Source: Sphyrna mokarran (taxonomy: Eukaryota). From it: DNA of 64,000 nt. The notes below the pieces were generated by a model. The model was not told the DNA's origin and did no database searches. It worked only from the letters and a program-made list of their open reading frames with translations. The position numbers were made by a program, and so were the translations under genes. Positions 38,093 through 52,029 of this stretch are shown piece after piece. The stretch's first letter is position 1, and each line of letters starts with the position of its first letter. The stretch lies in the NCBI GenBank assembly GCA_024679065.1, contig JAGIQG010000011.1, positions 68,634,001-68,698,000 on the forward strand, read 5' to 3'.

Positions 38093-38699
38093 TCAAATAC
38101 AATAAAAGGATTTCATTTCAATCATTTTTGATCCAATTGATCTAAACTGCCTCACACATTTTCAGTTAATGATTTTGTCTTCGTGATGTTAAGAGTATAG
38201 GTTGGATGTGAAGGCCTAAACTCATTCTGAAATCTGGCAAAATAGCGCACCATCATTACTGCAACTGTCAGGCTAGATTACGCTATCAACACAGCTAAAC
38301 TCATGCCTGAAAAATGAAAAATAATGTTTCTAATATGATGGTCATCAGTGTACCTCTACTGTGGTCTGTTCAAGATCCTCGAACTTCAAGGTTTTTCTGG
38401 AAATACAGTTATGGTTATTGATGATATCAAGACATTTGCTTATTGTAAGGAAAAAAAGACATACTTTTTGAAAAAAGTAGTCAAATGAAAGAAAATGCTG
38501 AAGGAAATACAGAGCTTTATATGTTCAGAATTTATACCAAAGGTAGATAGACTTATGATTGGAGACCATTTGTTGAATTCCAAGAGTTTCAACAAAGCAA
38601 ATTAAATACCCAAGTGCATGTTAAATATATTTGACTACAAGACAAAAAAGACTGATTTAACCTGTTAGATGTCATGGTAAAGTCACATCTGGAATATTA

Positions 38700-38878
38700 G
38701 CATCATAGATCATAGAATCCCTACAGTGCAGAATGAGGCCATTTGGCCCATCTTGCCTACACCGACACAATTGCATCCAGGCCCTATTCCTGTAATCTCT
38801 ATGTATTTGCCCTTCTAATCCCCTGACACTAAGGGGCAATTTAGCATGGCCAATCCACCTAACCTGCACATCTTTGGA
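38700..38878 (-). mobile_element. HE1-type SINE, 3' half (similar pieces at 44515-44690 -, 44780-44915 +, 46555-46735 -, 35499-35660 -)
   Basis: catagaatccctacagtgcagaatgaggccatttggccc..ctaaggggcaatttagcatggccaatccacctaacctgcacatctttgg. Confidence 0.8.
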
Positions 38879-38914
38879 ACAATCATGCCGACACTATGTT
38901 AAGAACACCCACTA

Positions 38915-39465
38915 ATGGCCCTACTTTCTCAAAAGACTGAGGAAATTTGGCTGTCAGCTACAACTCTCACCAAATTTTAAGGTACACCATAGAAAGCATT
39001 CTATCTGGTTATATCACAGCTTGGTATGGCTTCTGCTCTGCCCACGACCGCAAGGAAATACAAAAGGTCATGAATGTAGCCCAATCATCACAAAAACCAG
39101 CCTCCCATCCATTGATTCTGTCTACACTTCCTGCTGCCTTGGCAAAGCACCCAGCACAATTAAGGACCCTACATACCCTGGACATTCTCTCTTCTACTTT
39201 CTTCCACTGGGAAAAAAGATACAAAAGTCTGAGTTCATGTACCAACCGACTCAAGGATATCTTCTTCCTTAATGCTGTTAGACTTTTGAGTGAACTTACC
39301 TTGCACTAAGTTGATCTTTCTCTACACCCCAGCTATAACTGTAACACTACATTCTGCACTCTCTCATTTCCTTCTCTATGAATGGTATGTTTTGTTTGTA
39401 TAGCACAAGAAACAATACTTTTTATCGCATGTTAATATATGTGACAATAATAAATCAAATCAAAA
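38915..39465 (+). mobile_element. Rex1/Babar-like LINE 3' fragment
   Basis: YTIESILSGYITAWYG..DRKEIQKVM, and IKDPTYPGHSLF..LPLGK / RYKSL...TNRLKD.FF, typical of the Rex1 ORF C-terminus; (tcaaa)n tail. Confidence 0.85.
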
Positions 39466-40934
39466 ATCAATATTGTGGGTATATTATTTTCTGTATATTG
39501 AGGGGCATTCAGAGAAGTGTAACAAATATATTTCTTGGCTTGTCCATTTATGTTGGAAAACTTAAAATTAAAACCAAATTTTTCACAGAAAAGATTATTA
39601 TAAGAAGAGATGTTCCAGGCTTATAAAATGCACAAAGGCATAGGTATAAACAGGTCACATAACTTGATTAATCAAGTTCTGATTTTAACTGATGGGTGAG
39701 AGGGCTCAGAGCTAATGCTCTTTATACTCGCACCATGCCACTTTATATGTGGAGCTTTATTAAGTTGTCCTTGTGGAACTAAATGGGTGATTCCGCATCA
39801 TGGGAGATTACAGGCATACAATCCAAAAGTTTCCTCTCATTAAAATTAATAGACCTGATATAATTCACTGGCTTTATAATTATGTTCAGCCAATATAACC
39901 TGGCAGGGACAAGTATGATATATCAAAAAATCTTCTAAATTGAGATAAGTTAGTATGAGAGGTACAAAAGGTGATTTTAGCCCGAATGCTTTATATTCTC
40001 TGAAATTAGTAATCCAATATTAACCAAACTCTACTAAAGTAAGCAATAACATTCCTACTGAATATCACAATACCATTCTACAGGTATTGACTTCCTAATA
40101 TGGTAGACAAAGGGGTGATATAGTGAGCATGCTTACTTAGAAAATAATTATTGAATATAGTAAACAATTTCTAAATGAAAGGTAATAATTTCTGATATGT
40201 ATAGCTAATATACATATTAGCTGCATTAGCTAATTTTGCTAATTCAATCCTTTTCATAACTCCATGAATACATTTCTCTAATTAGAGGTACAGCAACATA
40301 ATGGTTTTCCTGTTGGGCCAGTGGCCCAGTAGCTTGGATTAATGAGAGATATCTGCCCGAATTCTACCGCCCTGTCCACCACGGAATCAGAGCAGGCTAA
40401 CAGTGGAAATGTTCATTGACTTCTGGTGGGATTTTTCAGTCTCGCTCAAGCAAGGCTGCCAAATCTCACTATGGAGCTTGGAAATTTAAATCCAATAAAC
40501 TGATTAAATATGGCATAAAAAGCTGGGAACAATAATAGTACTGACAAACTTCTAGATTGTGAAAAAAAAATCAGCTACACTAATGCCCTTTAGGATTTGC
40601 CCTTACCCTATCTGGTCTAAACCAGACTTTAGGTCCACATTGCGATTGACTCAACTGTTCTCCGAAATGGAATAGAAAGCTACCCAATTATTGTGGTAGG
40701 ATGTTGGACACCATTCATTAGCTCTAATGAAGCCTTTATTATCTTTAGTAGGTTAACTGCATGTACTTACTAGCTACATGAATCATGTACTTATATACAG
40801 TAAAGGGTTCAAGCTATGAGCCTTCCATGTTTGCTTGTATACACAGCTCTGAACAACACTGGTCTGATCCCTAGGTGCAGGTCATGTGTTCTGTTATATT
40901 ACTGTGTGGTTGGTACTTTACTCAGTCCTATCTA

Positions 40935-41500
40935 TGCTGGATAGGAAACTGGTTGGCAGATAGGAAATAAGGAGTAGGAATAAATGTTTTTTTTCCTAGG
41001 TGACTGGCAGTGAATAGTGGGGTACTGCAGGAATACTACAGGGATCAAGTGTGAGACTCAGCTATTAGCAATGTATATTAAAGTTTTAGATAACGGAATT
41101 TAGTGTAATATCTCCAATGACACAAAAATGGTTGGAAGGGTGAGCCGTGAAGAGGACGTAGAGATACTTCAGTGTGATTTGGACAAGTTGAGTGAAAAGT
41201 GCTGGCAAATTCAGTATAATGTTGATAAATGTAGCTTGTTCACTTTAATACCAATAAACAGGAAGGTAAGTTAGTATCCAAATGGCTACAAATTGAGAGA
41301 AGAGGATGTGCAAGGGGCCTGAGTATGCTTGTGCACCAGTCACTGAAAGTAAGCATGCAGGTACAGTAAGTGGTGAAGAAGACAAATGGTATATTTGCCT
41401 TCATAATGAGAGGATCTGAACACAGGAGCAGGGATGGCGAGCTACAGTTATACAGGGCCTGACACCACACCTGGAATATTGTGCATAGTGTTGATGTCCT
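40935..41500 (+). mobile_element. Old CR1 RT fragment
   Basis: aactggttggcagataggaaa..agtggggtactgcagg..cagtcactgaaagtaagcatgcaggtac..accacacctggaatattgtg; homologous to 6110-6600. Confidence 0.8.
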
Positions 41501-42671
41501 TGGAACAATTTTACCACAATTTTATAGTATTGATTCCAGTGAGAAGAGTGGCATGTTTCTGGCTGGTTTCCTCTCCAGGGCTTGTGATGCTATCATTAAA
41601 AAAATCAGGTGGATGTGTTTCATGCCTTCACGTAGAGGGGTGGGACCTAAACACACTGGCACAGCCTGGCTGCTCTGAGACTGGGGTGCTATGTTTAAAA
41701 GAGATCAAAAAATAACTTCCCACCCTGGAGGTTTTAAGGGCTTTCCCCCTTCCATAATCAGAGCTGGCAATCATCACCCCCACCCCCATCACGATCAGTG
41801 CCGGCATTCAGCACTCCTCCCTCGGGTGAGGCGCGGTGAAAATTGGATATCGCGATGTCACTGATGAGATTCGTGATTTCCTGTTTTGCTGTATTTTGAG
41901 CCCTATGCTCAAGGATTGCTCCTACGTTCTATGTTTTACCCTATATGTGCCAGATCCTTATACTATAGTTATATTCAAGAAGGAAGCTCAACTTCAAGTT
42001 TACAAGGGCAATGCTCACATCCCGTGACTATATAAAGTTTTTAATCCTCGCCGCAGCACTGAAATAGCTCAAAGCGAAATGATAAATAACTACTTGTATG
42101 ATCCTGACAATGGTGCAATATATATCCTCATCCTCCTTAACCTATGTGTCACCTTTGAGATGGTTGATAACATACCATCTCCCCCCAACACCTCTCCTCA
42201 ATTTTCCTTGTGATTGGGACTACACTTGCCTTGTTCCATTCTTATCTATCAAGTCTCCTTGGATATATTCTTGGCCTTCCCCACTCCATCATTGAGAAAC
42301 CTGACGTCAGGTTCTATGGAATGCTGACGTGACTTAAATCTGATTTATCATTGTCTCACTCCAATACCATGTCATCTGATAATCAGTAGTGCAGATGTTT
42401 CCTCGAATTAAACATCAGAAAACCCAAAGACATTTTATTCAGTCCTTATAACAATCTCTGTTTCCTACTCACCAATTTCAACCTTTTCCAGAGCTATTGT
42501 CACAAGCTGAACAATGCTGTCTGTTCTCAAATAAACCACCTTTGCAAATATTACCATGCTAACATTGTTACATAAATACAAGTTGTTATTATTGTGTTGT
42601 GTACTATGTAATTATTCACGTTAAATGGATGGAAAAAATGTTTCCTATTTGTTTAAGTATCTTCTAAATTG

Positions 42672-43076
42672 TGATGTGGAGTTACCAGTGTTGGGTTGGG
42701 GTAAGCACAGTAAGTAGTCTCATAACACCAGGTTAAAGTCCAACAGGTTTATTCGATAACACAAGCTTTCGGAGTTCCGCTCCTCCACCAGGTGAGTGCA
42801 GGATTTGTTTCACAAACTGGGCATATATAGATACAAACTGAAGTACAAGATAATGGTTGGAATGTGAGTCTTAACATGTAATTAAGTCTTTACAGATATA
42901 GACAATGTGAATGGAGAGAGGGTTAAGCACCAGTTAATGAGGTGTGAATTGTCTCCAGTCAGCACAGTTAGCAAGATTTTGCAAGCCCAGGCAAGTCATG
43001 GGGGTTACAGATAGTGTGATATGAACCCAAGGTCCTGGTTGAGAATGTTCTCATGTGTGCGGAAGTTGGCTATCAG
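42672..43076 (-). mobile_element. Penelope-like element 3' fragment with terminal extension
   Basis: Minus strand encodes LIANFRTHENILNQDLGFISHYL*, followed by 3' UTR, a degenerate hammerhead (42760-42795) and tail ..ttaccccaacccaacactggtaactccacatcac. Confidence 0.8.
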
Positions 43077-46000
43077 TGGAAATAGTAGGAAGGTGTCTGA
43101 GCTTGAATGTAATTACCAACCACCACAGCTACAGTTCGTCTGAGTGCACTTCATCGAATTCACTTTTTGTGAACTAATTATATCAAAGTGAATTTGCAGG
43201 CCATTTGGCTTGCCACTATAGATTCGGTGATTAGCAAATGGGTACTTTTGGGAAATCTGAGAGTTTTCTATAAAATAGCTTAGGCACTAGATTTTTAGAT
43301 ATTATATTCAATCCAAAGAGGAAATAATGCCCCTGGTAAATACACATTCTCAAATGCTTCATATGTAATACTATTTAGAATGCAAACATTTTTCTGCATA
43401 TTTTAATATAAAATCACAGCATTTGGATAAAGTTGTGTGACATTACCATGAATGCAATCATATGAAATTATTTTGTCTGCCATTTCACTGTTGGTGTTAA
43501 CCCATTGAATTTAAATGTATTAATGCCGCTGTTAAAATAATGGGAATTCAATGCAAATGTGATAAATGTACATACATAATATTCCCAAAGGTTAATTTCA
43601 AACTTAATAAGTTTTACACCCAAGATCTACTGCAATATCTGCGCTTATGATCTTTACATCATTAAATTCCTGACTGTAAGAATTCAAAACCAAGAATGAT
43701 CAGGTAAGTATCCCATTTTGTTAAACTTGTTACACAATGCATGTGAGTTTTAATGGCAGAATAGAAATCAGTGATTTCACCTATTGTGGATACTTTTGAA
43801 TGAAAACAGGTATGAGGAGCATTACTGATTAAATACCTACAAGACAGAAAGTAGCAGCTTATGATTTAGAAAGGCAATGCAACAGTGATCACATCATTAT
43901 CCTGCCAAATGCCATCTATCACATTTACAGAGGTTAACGATGATGGATTACAATCCGGAGTGAAGATGCAGCTTGTAAATAATGTCACACTGCTCTTCAA
44001 CTGACTTTCCTGAAGCACATACAGACAGCTAATCAATGCTGGAAGAACCTATATTAAACAAGTCTTTCCTCTGAATGTACTGAGGGGATGTGAAAGAGTG
44101 ACAACGTGGGAACAATCTTTGTCACACAGACCCTACTGCTGAACCAGACTACTGCGGAAGGCACATTCAGTCTGCTCTAATTATTCATTCTTATATCTGC
44201 CACGGCTGGGAAATGCAAAGTGCTTTAGTGTGGGACTTTGCATGTTTCATAACCATGCTGCTAAGTCAGGTCTATACTGCCTTGAGCAAATCATTTACAG
44301 AATCCTACTGATGTCACTGAATCAGGATAGCATTACTTCGCAGGGAAAAAAAAAACAAATTACTGAATATTTATTAAAAATGATTGACATGGTTTTCTAC
44401 AAGCTTGAGTGACTGGCTCCTGCAAGTATGCAGTTTCATGCAAATGACTACTTTTCCAAGCAAACATATTAAAATGTATAAGCAATGTTATTTTAATCAG
44501 ATAAATTATAGACATCATATGAAGCTTACAGTGTGTAGAAAGAGGCCATTTGTCCCATTGAATTTGCACCAACAACAATCCCACCCAGGGCCCTATTCCC
44601 ATCACCCCATGTAGTGCCCTGCTAATCCCTCTAACCTACATATCCTGGGACACTAAGGGGCAATTTAATATGGCCGATCAGCTTAACCTAATATTATTTC
44701 TCACAGCAGTTTACCAAATCTATAGTGGGGTGTGTTTGGAAATGGGGAAATTATTATTTATTCATGCTGTTTGTCTTTGTATTATATCACTCCAAAGATG
44801 TATGAGTTAGGTTGAATGCTTGTAGTTACAGACTAGGGCCTGAGTGGAATTGCAGTCAGAACTGACTCAATGGGCCAAATGGCCTCCTTCTGCACTGGGA
44901 GGGTTCTATAATTCTATAAAAGTCTGCAACAATACATTCTTTATATAATGTATTCAGGATATAGTAATTCTAAATATATTTTTCAGGACATAATAACTTG
45001 ATTAATAATTTTTAATATCATTAGAAACTTTAATAGAAAAAAAGCGATAAGCACTTACTCTTTGACACATTTTATTTAATTGTCCTCTTAAGTTAAAATC
45101 TAGAGTGAATAATAGTTATATTGGGAAAGATTTCAAAGTTGGGAGCGATTTCTGGGTGTAGCAGTTGACTGATGAGTCATATGGGGTTGGTTTTGTGTGC
45201 AGTACAAAATAAGGCTGAGGGTTGGTATGAGTTACACACCCGCATACTGCACTCCAAACTGACTGTCTCCAGAGTGAGGATTGGCATTTCCTGGTCCCCT
45301 GTAATTTCCAAGGATACTGCAATTTTTCAAGGATTTGCATTTTGTATCCTCTCGGAAGGGTTGTGAACCATTGTCTGGATGAGGAAACTTTTTGAAATGT
45401 CCTCTTGCCAGTCTATATGCTTCAGCCCAACCACATGGCCTCCATAATCTCCATGCAAACTGATGCATCTCACTCACTCCCCATGCTCCCAAAACCTCCA
45501 GTACTTCCATACTCATTGACCCAGTATGCATGCGGCACATAACCAATGAACCCTACTATAATCATGATAAGTGGAAAAGCTAAAACAATTATTTATTCAT
45601 AACTTTCTACTTTCTTTAAAAACATCTATTTTTACTGTCATCTTATGAAAGTATCAAGCATCCAGACCTTTAAAGTTTCAATGGCAGAGGACACAAACAC
45701 TTGACCCTTCTTTATATTGTGTAAATAAATATTATCGCAATTGACAGAACAGATCAGAGAGAGAGAAAAAGCTGACACTCAAGAAATGATTTGCTTTGGC
45801 ACAGCAATTTCAACAGACTAATGGATGTCTTGCCCTCAGCCAAGTTTAAATCTTTTTTGAAGCATTGCATGCTTCACAGAGTCCATTGGAGGATTTATGC
45901 CGGTCAGGAGAGGTGGGGCCTAATCCTGCCTAGTGGCTGGCATCACCACCCCAATTGCCAGCCACCCAAAGTCTACCCAACCTCACCCCCTCCCGATTGT

Positions 46001-47949
46001 CAGCTTCCTGCTGTCTTCCACTCCAATGGCCAGACCATTCCCCCATGCCCCCATAGCTAGACCCAATCACCACTCCCACTCCTCCTACCTCCAACTTTCC
46101 AGGGAAAGCCTCAATGCCCTCTGCCCTCACCAGCAAGGCCATCATGCCACAAAAAGGGAATGTGAAAAGATAACCAAAAGAGAAAATGCTGGAAAATTTC
46201 AGCAGGTTTGGACAAGGAGAGAAAAGCTGGTGTTTTGAGTCCAGATGACTCTTTGTCAAAGATGCTTGCAAGGGATTTCAAAATCATCTTGAAATAATTT
46301 TAAAATTCCATCAGGAAGAAGACAAAGTGGTCAGGAGTAATGTAGCTCTCTTAAAAATGGTTAACAATAAGACTATCAATGAAAATAAGGAAATGGTGGA
46401 CATGGGGAGTAATTGATTTGTATCAGTATTTACAATAGAACAGGGCATGCTAAACTGTTTTGCATTTCAACACTTGAAGATTAACATGACCCCACACACC
46501 AATAAAAACACTACAGCAATGAAACTTGAAAACCTGGACTTTAACATAATTCATAGAACAATAGAATCATATAATCCCTACAGTGCAGAATGAGGCCATT
46601 CAGCCCACTGAATCTGCACTGGGCACAATCCCACTCAGGCCCTATTCTTGTAATCTCTCATATTTACCATGCTAATCCCCCTGATATTAGGGTTAATTTA
46701 GTATGACCAATCAACCTAATCAGCACATCTTTGGTCTTTATAGTTGGAATTTTTATTTCATTATTTCATGGGATGTAAGTTTTGTTAACAAGGCCAGCAT
46801 TTGTTCCCCATCTCTCATTGCCCTTGGAGTGAGTGACTTGCTGGGCATTATAAGTCAGCTATGTGACTGAGGGTATAGAATCACATGTCAGCCAGACTGA
46901 GTAAAAGCAGCAGATTTCCTGGACTAGCTTTATATTCAAATGTGATGTGAGAAGTATTCACACAGTGAATGGTTTAGGTTTGGAATGCACTGTCTGGAAA
47001 TGTGGTGGAAGCAGGTTCTTTTGAGGCATTAAAGAGGGCGAGAAATGATTATTTGAATATAAATAATGTTCAGGGATATAGGTGAATGGCAGGAGAATGA
47101 CATTAAGCTAATATGCTCATTTGGAGAGCCAGTACAGATGCAATAGGCCAAATACAATTTTGAAACAATATTTTGATATAACAGCGATATTCCCGGTTCA
47201 AACATTTAATTTAAATTCCACCAGCTGCCTTGATGAGATTTGAACTAATCATCCCAAAGCATTAACCTGGACCTCTGGATTACTAGTCCAGTGATGTTAC
47301 CAGTACACTACTGTCTCTGGCTCTATGCACATATTTTTACTCATTTCATATAATTATATGGATTTTGGTGAAGCTTTCTGTATCCCTAAAGAAATCCCAT
47401 TTTAGCCCTGATGCACAATTAAGCAGGATGTTGAGATTCCTCCCAGCAGCAAAAGGACTGATGAATCTTTCCAATGTATCAATTGGTGTCTAACTAAAAA
47501 TTTCAGCTTAACTTTTAGAATTTTCTCAAAGCAAGTGTTACACTCCTTCCATGACGTCGACACACTCCACATCAACAATGTCTTGCAGCCACATGTCCCA
47601 GTTGACACAATCTGCTCCATTGATTCTGGCTCACTCCTCTGTTCGCACACTTGATTCATCACTAACAAGTCACTTTCAGTCGGGACACTCCTGCCCTCTG
47701 GAATTCCATCTGTAGCTCCTTCTGCTTTCAACCCACTCTCCTATTCACAAAATACTCTCTTTAAATATGCACTGTCTTCCTTTCACAGTAAACTACAGAG
47801 ACTGAAACAGCACACTCGAAATATAAGTTGTATCAGTTCACATAAACAAGCATCAGCTATGTTCAAGTACGAATAATTTAATGTCAAAAGAATGTGAGCA
47901 AGGCTCAATTGGAAGGTTATATATTCAAATATTCACTCCAAGATTAATG

Positions 47950-48575
47950 TTTTATTTATTCATTCATGGTATGTGGGCATCACTGGAAAGGTTAACATTT
48001 ATTATTCACGTCCCTCAAGAAGATGATGGTGAGTGATTTTCTTGAATTGCAGCAGTCCATGTAGTGTAGGTACAACCAAAGTGCTGTCAGGAAGAGAGTT
48101 CAAAGATTTTTTCCCAGTGACAATGAAAGTATGGCAATATAGTTCCAGTAAGAAGTCTGACAACACCAGTTTTAAATCCAACCGATTTATTTGATAGTAA
48201 ACTCGCAAGCTTTCGATTCTATGGCCTTCTTCAGGCAAATGAGGTGTCTGGTCTCTATTGGCCATACAGTCGAAAGCTTGCAAGTTTACTATCAAATAAA
48301 TCAGTTAGATTTAAAACTGACATTGTCAGACTTCTTACTGTGTTTACCCCAGTCCAACGCCGGCATCTCTACATCATGACCAATATAGTTCCAGGCCAGA
48401 GTGCTATGTGTCTTAGAGGGGAACTTGCAGTTGGTGATGTTCCCAAGCATCTGCCCCTCCAAGTTCTTCTCAGAGGTAGAGATCAAGGGTTTGGGAGATG
48501 GTGTCTATGAAGCTGCAATGAGTTATTGTGATGCATCTTGTAGATGGTACACAGTGCTGCCATTGTGTATCACTC
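47950..48575 (-). mobile_element. L2/Crack-like LINE 3' end, interrupted by a PLE fold-back
   Basis: attcattcatggtatgtgggcatcactgg..gaagatgatggtgagtg..ttcttgaattgcagcagtccatg; resumes after 48394. Confidence 0.7.
48147..48380. mobile_element. PLE fold-back insertion with 14-bp target-site duplication
   Basis: About 80-bp inverted arms; caatatagttccag at 48135-48148 and 48381-48394. Confidence 0.85.
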
Positions 48576-51125
48576 ATAGAATCATAGATTTTTCAGCATA
48601 AGAAGAGGCATTTTGGCTCCTCATGCTTGTGCCGGCTATCCAATACCTACTTATTCTCAACAAATTTTCTGTGCTATACCATTTCAAGTGCTCAGCTAAA
48701 TGCTTCTTAAATAATGTGAGAGTTTCCACTCCACACCCCTCAGACAGTGAGTTCCAGATTTTCACCACCCTCTAGGTGAAAATGTTTTTCCTTAACCTCT
48801 AAACCTCCTGTCCTTTATGTTAAATCTACGAACGAAAGAACAAAGAGCAAAGAAAAGGACTCCAAAGGAACAGGCTTTTCAGCCTTCCAAGCCTGTGTCA
48901 ATTGTGATACCCTAACTAAACTGAAAGAAACCTCCTGCCCTTACATGTACTGCATCCCTCTACTTCCTTATTCATGTACCCATCCAGATGTCTCTTAAAT
49001 GTTGCTAATACGCCTGCTTCCCTGGGGCAGCGCATTCCAGGCACCCACCACTCTCTTCGTGAAAAACCTATCTCACACCTCTCCCTTAAACTTTCCTCCT
49101 CTCACTTTGAACCTATGCCCCTTATAATTGACACTTACATCAAAGAAAAAAGCCTTTTACTATCCATCTTGTCTGTGAATCTCATAATTTTGTACATCTC
49201 TATCAGTCTCCCTTTAATCTCCATCTTTCCAGTGAAAATAACCCTAGTTTATTCAATCTCTTCTCATAACCAACTCCCGGTGAACCTTCTTTGCACATTC
49301 CAAAATTTCCACAACGTCGTGGGAACATGGTATCCAGAACTGCATGCAATATTCCAAATGCGGCCTAACCTGGGTTTTACCTAGTCATCCTCTTATTTAG
49401 CGCTTTCTATCCATGTCCTCTGTAATTTTGTACACCTCAATCGAATCAAGTCAAGTCAAGATGATTTTCTTGCTCTAAGGAAAATAACTTAACCAGTCTC
49501 TCTTCGTGGCTGAAACATTCCAGTTGGTGAATTTCTTCTGCATTTTTTCTAGTGCAATTACAATCTTCCTGTCATGGCGATCAGAACTGCACACAGTATT
49601 CTATCTATGGTCTAACAAACATTTTATACAGATCCATTATAACCTCCTGCTCTTAAATTCTATGCCTCAGCTAATAAAGACAAGAATCCCATGTGCTTTC
49701 TTAACTATTTCATCCATTTGTCCTGCTGCCTTCAGGAATTTATAGGCATGCATCCTAAAAATGTGCTTCTAGCGCTCTGTACTTCCTCATGTCCCACATT
49801 GTGCACTGTGCATTCCCTTGCATGGATAGTCCTCCCAAACTGCATCACCTCACACTTTTCGGGATTAAGTTCCATTTGCCACCGTTCTGCCTATCTGACC
49901 AACCCATCTATAACATTGTGTAATCTAAGGCTTTCCTCTTTGCTATTTAACACACCAGCAATTTTTGTGTCATCAGCAAATTTACTGACCATATCCCCCA
50001 CATTCATATCTAGATCATTAATATATACTACAAACAGCAAGAGATTCAGCATAGATTCCTGCTGCACACATCTGCTTACAGGCTTCCAGTCACAAAACAA
50101 CCTTGTCAAATTGCCCTGGATACTACGGGCACTTACCTTTTTGACCAGTCTCCCATGTGGGATCCTATCAAAAACCTTACTGAAATCTATGTAGACTACA
50201 TCAACTGCACTGCCCTCATCTACATACCTAGTTACTTCCTCAAAAAATTCAATCAAATTTGTTCGACATGGCGTCTTCTGACAAAGCCATATCCCTGATT
50301 AATGCTTGCTTGCCTCTCCAAGTGGAGATTAATTCTGTCCCTCAGAATTTTTTTCAAAACTTTCCCGACCATTAATGTTAGACTCACTGGCCTAAAACTA
50401 TCTGTTTTTTTCTCTACTTCCCTTCTTGAATAATGGTACCACATTAGCTGCCTCCAGCACCTCATCTGTGGTCAAAGAGGATTTGAAAATTAGATTTGAA
50501 GCCCCTGCAATCACTTCCCTTGTGTCGTACAACAACCTGGGATACATCTCATCTGAGCCTAGGGATTGATCGACTTCTGAAGCCATTAAAATCATGAGTA
50601 CCTCCTCTCTCCCAATGCTAATTTATTCAATTATTTCACAGTCTCCCTCCCTAATTTCTATATCTACATCACCCTTCTCGATAAAGAACAAAGTAGCAAA
50701 AAAAGTTGTTTAAAATCTCTCATGTTTTCTGGCTTTATCTATAGATTGCCACTTAGGCCCCTAATTGGCCTTGCTACTTCCCAGGTCACCTCTTGCCTTT
50801 AATACACACATTGGGATTTTTCTTTATTTTGCCTGCCAGAGTTTTTTCATGCCCCCTCTTTACGCTCCTAATATATTTTTACATATTCCTCTTGTACTTT
50901 CTGTACTCCTCTAGGACTTCAACTATTTTGAACCCCTGTATCTGCCATAAGCCTCCCTCTTTTTCCTTATCCAATGTTGTAAGTCCCTTGGCATTATGTT
51001 TCTTTTGAATTGTTGGTCCCACCCTTAATCTTTATAGGAACATGTTAATCCTGTACTCTTGCTATTTCTTTAATGAATAACTCCTGCTGCTCTGATGTGG
51101 ACTTTCTTGCTACCAGTCTGCTATA
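48575..51125 (-). mobile_element. Long degenerate CR1 ORF2 fragment with a second CR1 nested at about 48830-49383
   Basis: ORF pieces IEFFEEVTRYVDEGSAVDVVYIDFSKVFDRIPHGRL, SKFADDTKI, FRPVSLT and MYPRLL; a second tail (acaaaga-like) appears at about 48830. Confidence 0.9.
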
Positions 51126-51639
51126 GTAAATCAGACTTTTTTTGTTCATTCATGGGATGTGAATGTTGCTGGGCACGTCAGCATTTATTGCCCTTCCTTA
51201 ATTGATCTTGGTAAGCTGGCAGTGAGTTGCCTTCTTGAACCGCTGCAGTGTCTATGGCGTCAATGCAGCCAGACTCCTATTGGGGAAAGAGTTTCAGGAA
51301 TTTGACCCAGCGATAGTGAAGGAGTGGCAATATATTTCCAAGTCTTGAATATTGCTGGAGCTGCATTCAACCAGGCAATGTGAAGAGTATTCCATCAACT
51401 TTTTGAATTATACCCTGGAAAATGTGGAAAGAGTTTGGAGAAGGAGGAGATGAGTTACTCACTATTAAAGCCAATCAAGTGACCTACTTTTGTAGTCACA
51501 CTGGGATTTTCCATTAACAAGAAAACGTTACTGGACCAGCCACATCAATAGAGTGTTGCTAGTGGATGATTTAACAATGATAATGCGTTGAATGTCGTAG
51601 GGAGATGGTTAACCTCTGCCTTGTTAGACACATGATGTA

Positions 51640-52029
51640 GAGATGCCACATGACGCTACATAGAGTTCTGCAGACAAGGATAGTCTCAACCAGGATCTTG
51701 GGTTCATGTCACACAATCTGTAAACCCTATAACTTGCCTGGATTTGCAAAATCTCATTAATTGTACTGTCTGAAGACAATACTCATCTCTTTAACATGTG
51801 CTTAACGCTCTCTCGCCTCACATTGTCTGTACCTTTAAGACTTGATTACCTGTAAAGAGTCACATTCCAATCATAATTTTGTAAATTGAGTTTGTGTCTT
51901 TAAATGCCCTATTTGTGAATAGAACTCCCACTTACCTGACAAAAGGACAGCAAGCACTCCGAAAGTTAGTGGCTTTTTCTACCAAGTAAACCTGTTTGAT
52001 TTTAATCTGATGTTGGAGACTTCTTACTG
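51640..52029 (+). mobile_element. Penelope-like element 3' fragment inside an L2/Crack-like LINE (about 51135-52690, minus)
   Basis: DSLNQDLGFMSHNL* followed by 3' UTR, degenerate hammerhead cttacctgacaaaagg..ctccgaaagttagtg, ending gagacttcttact. Confidence 0.8.
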
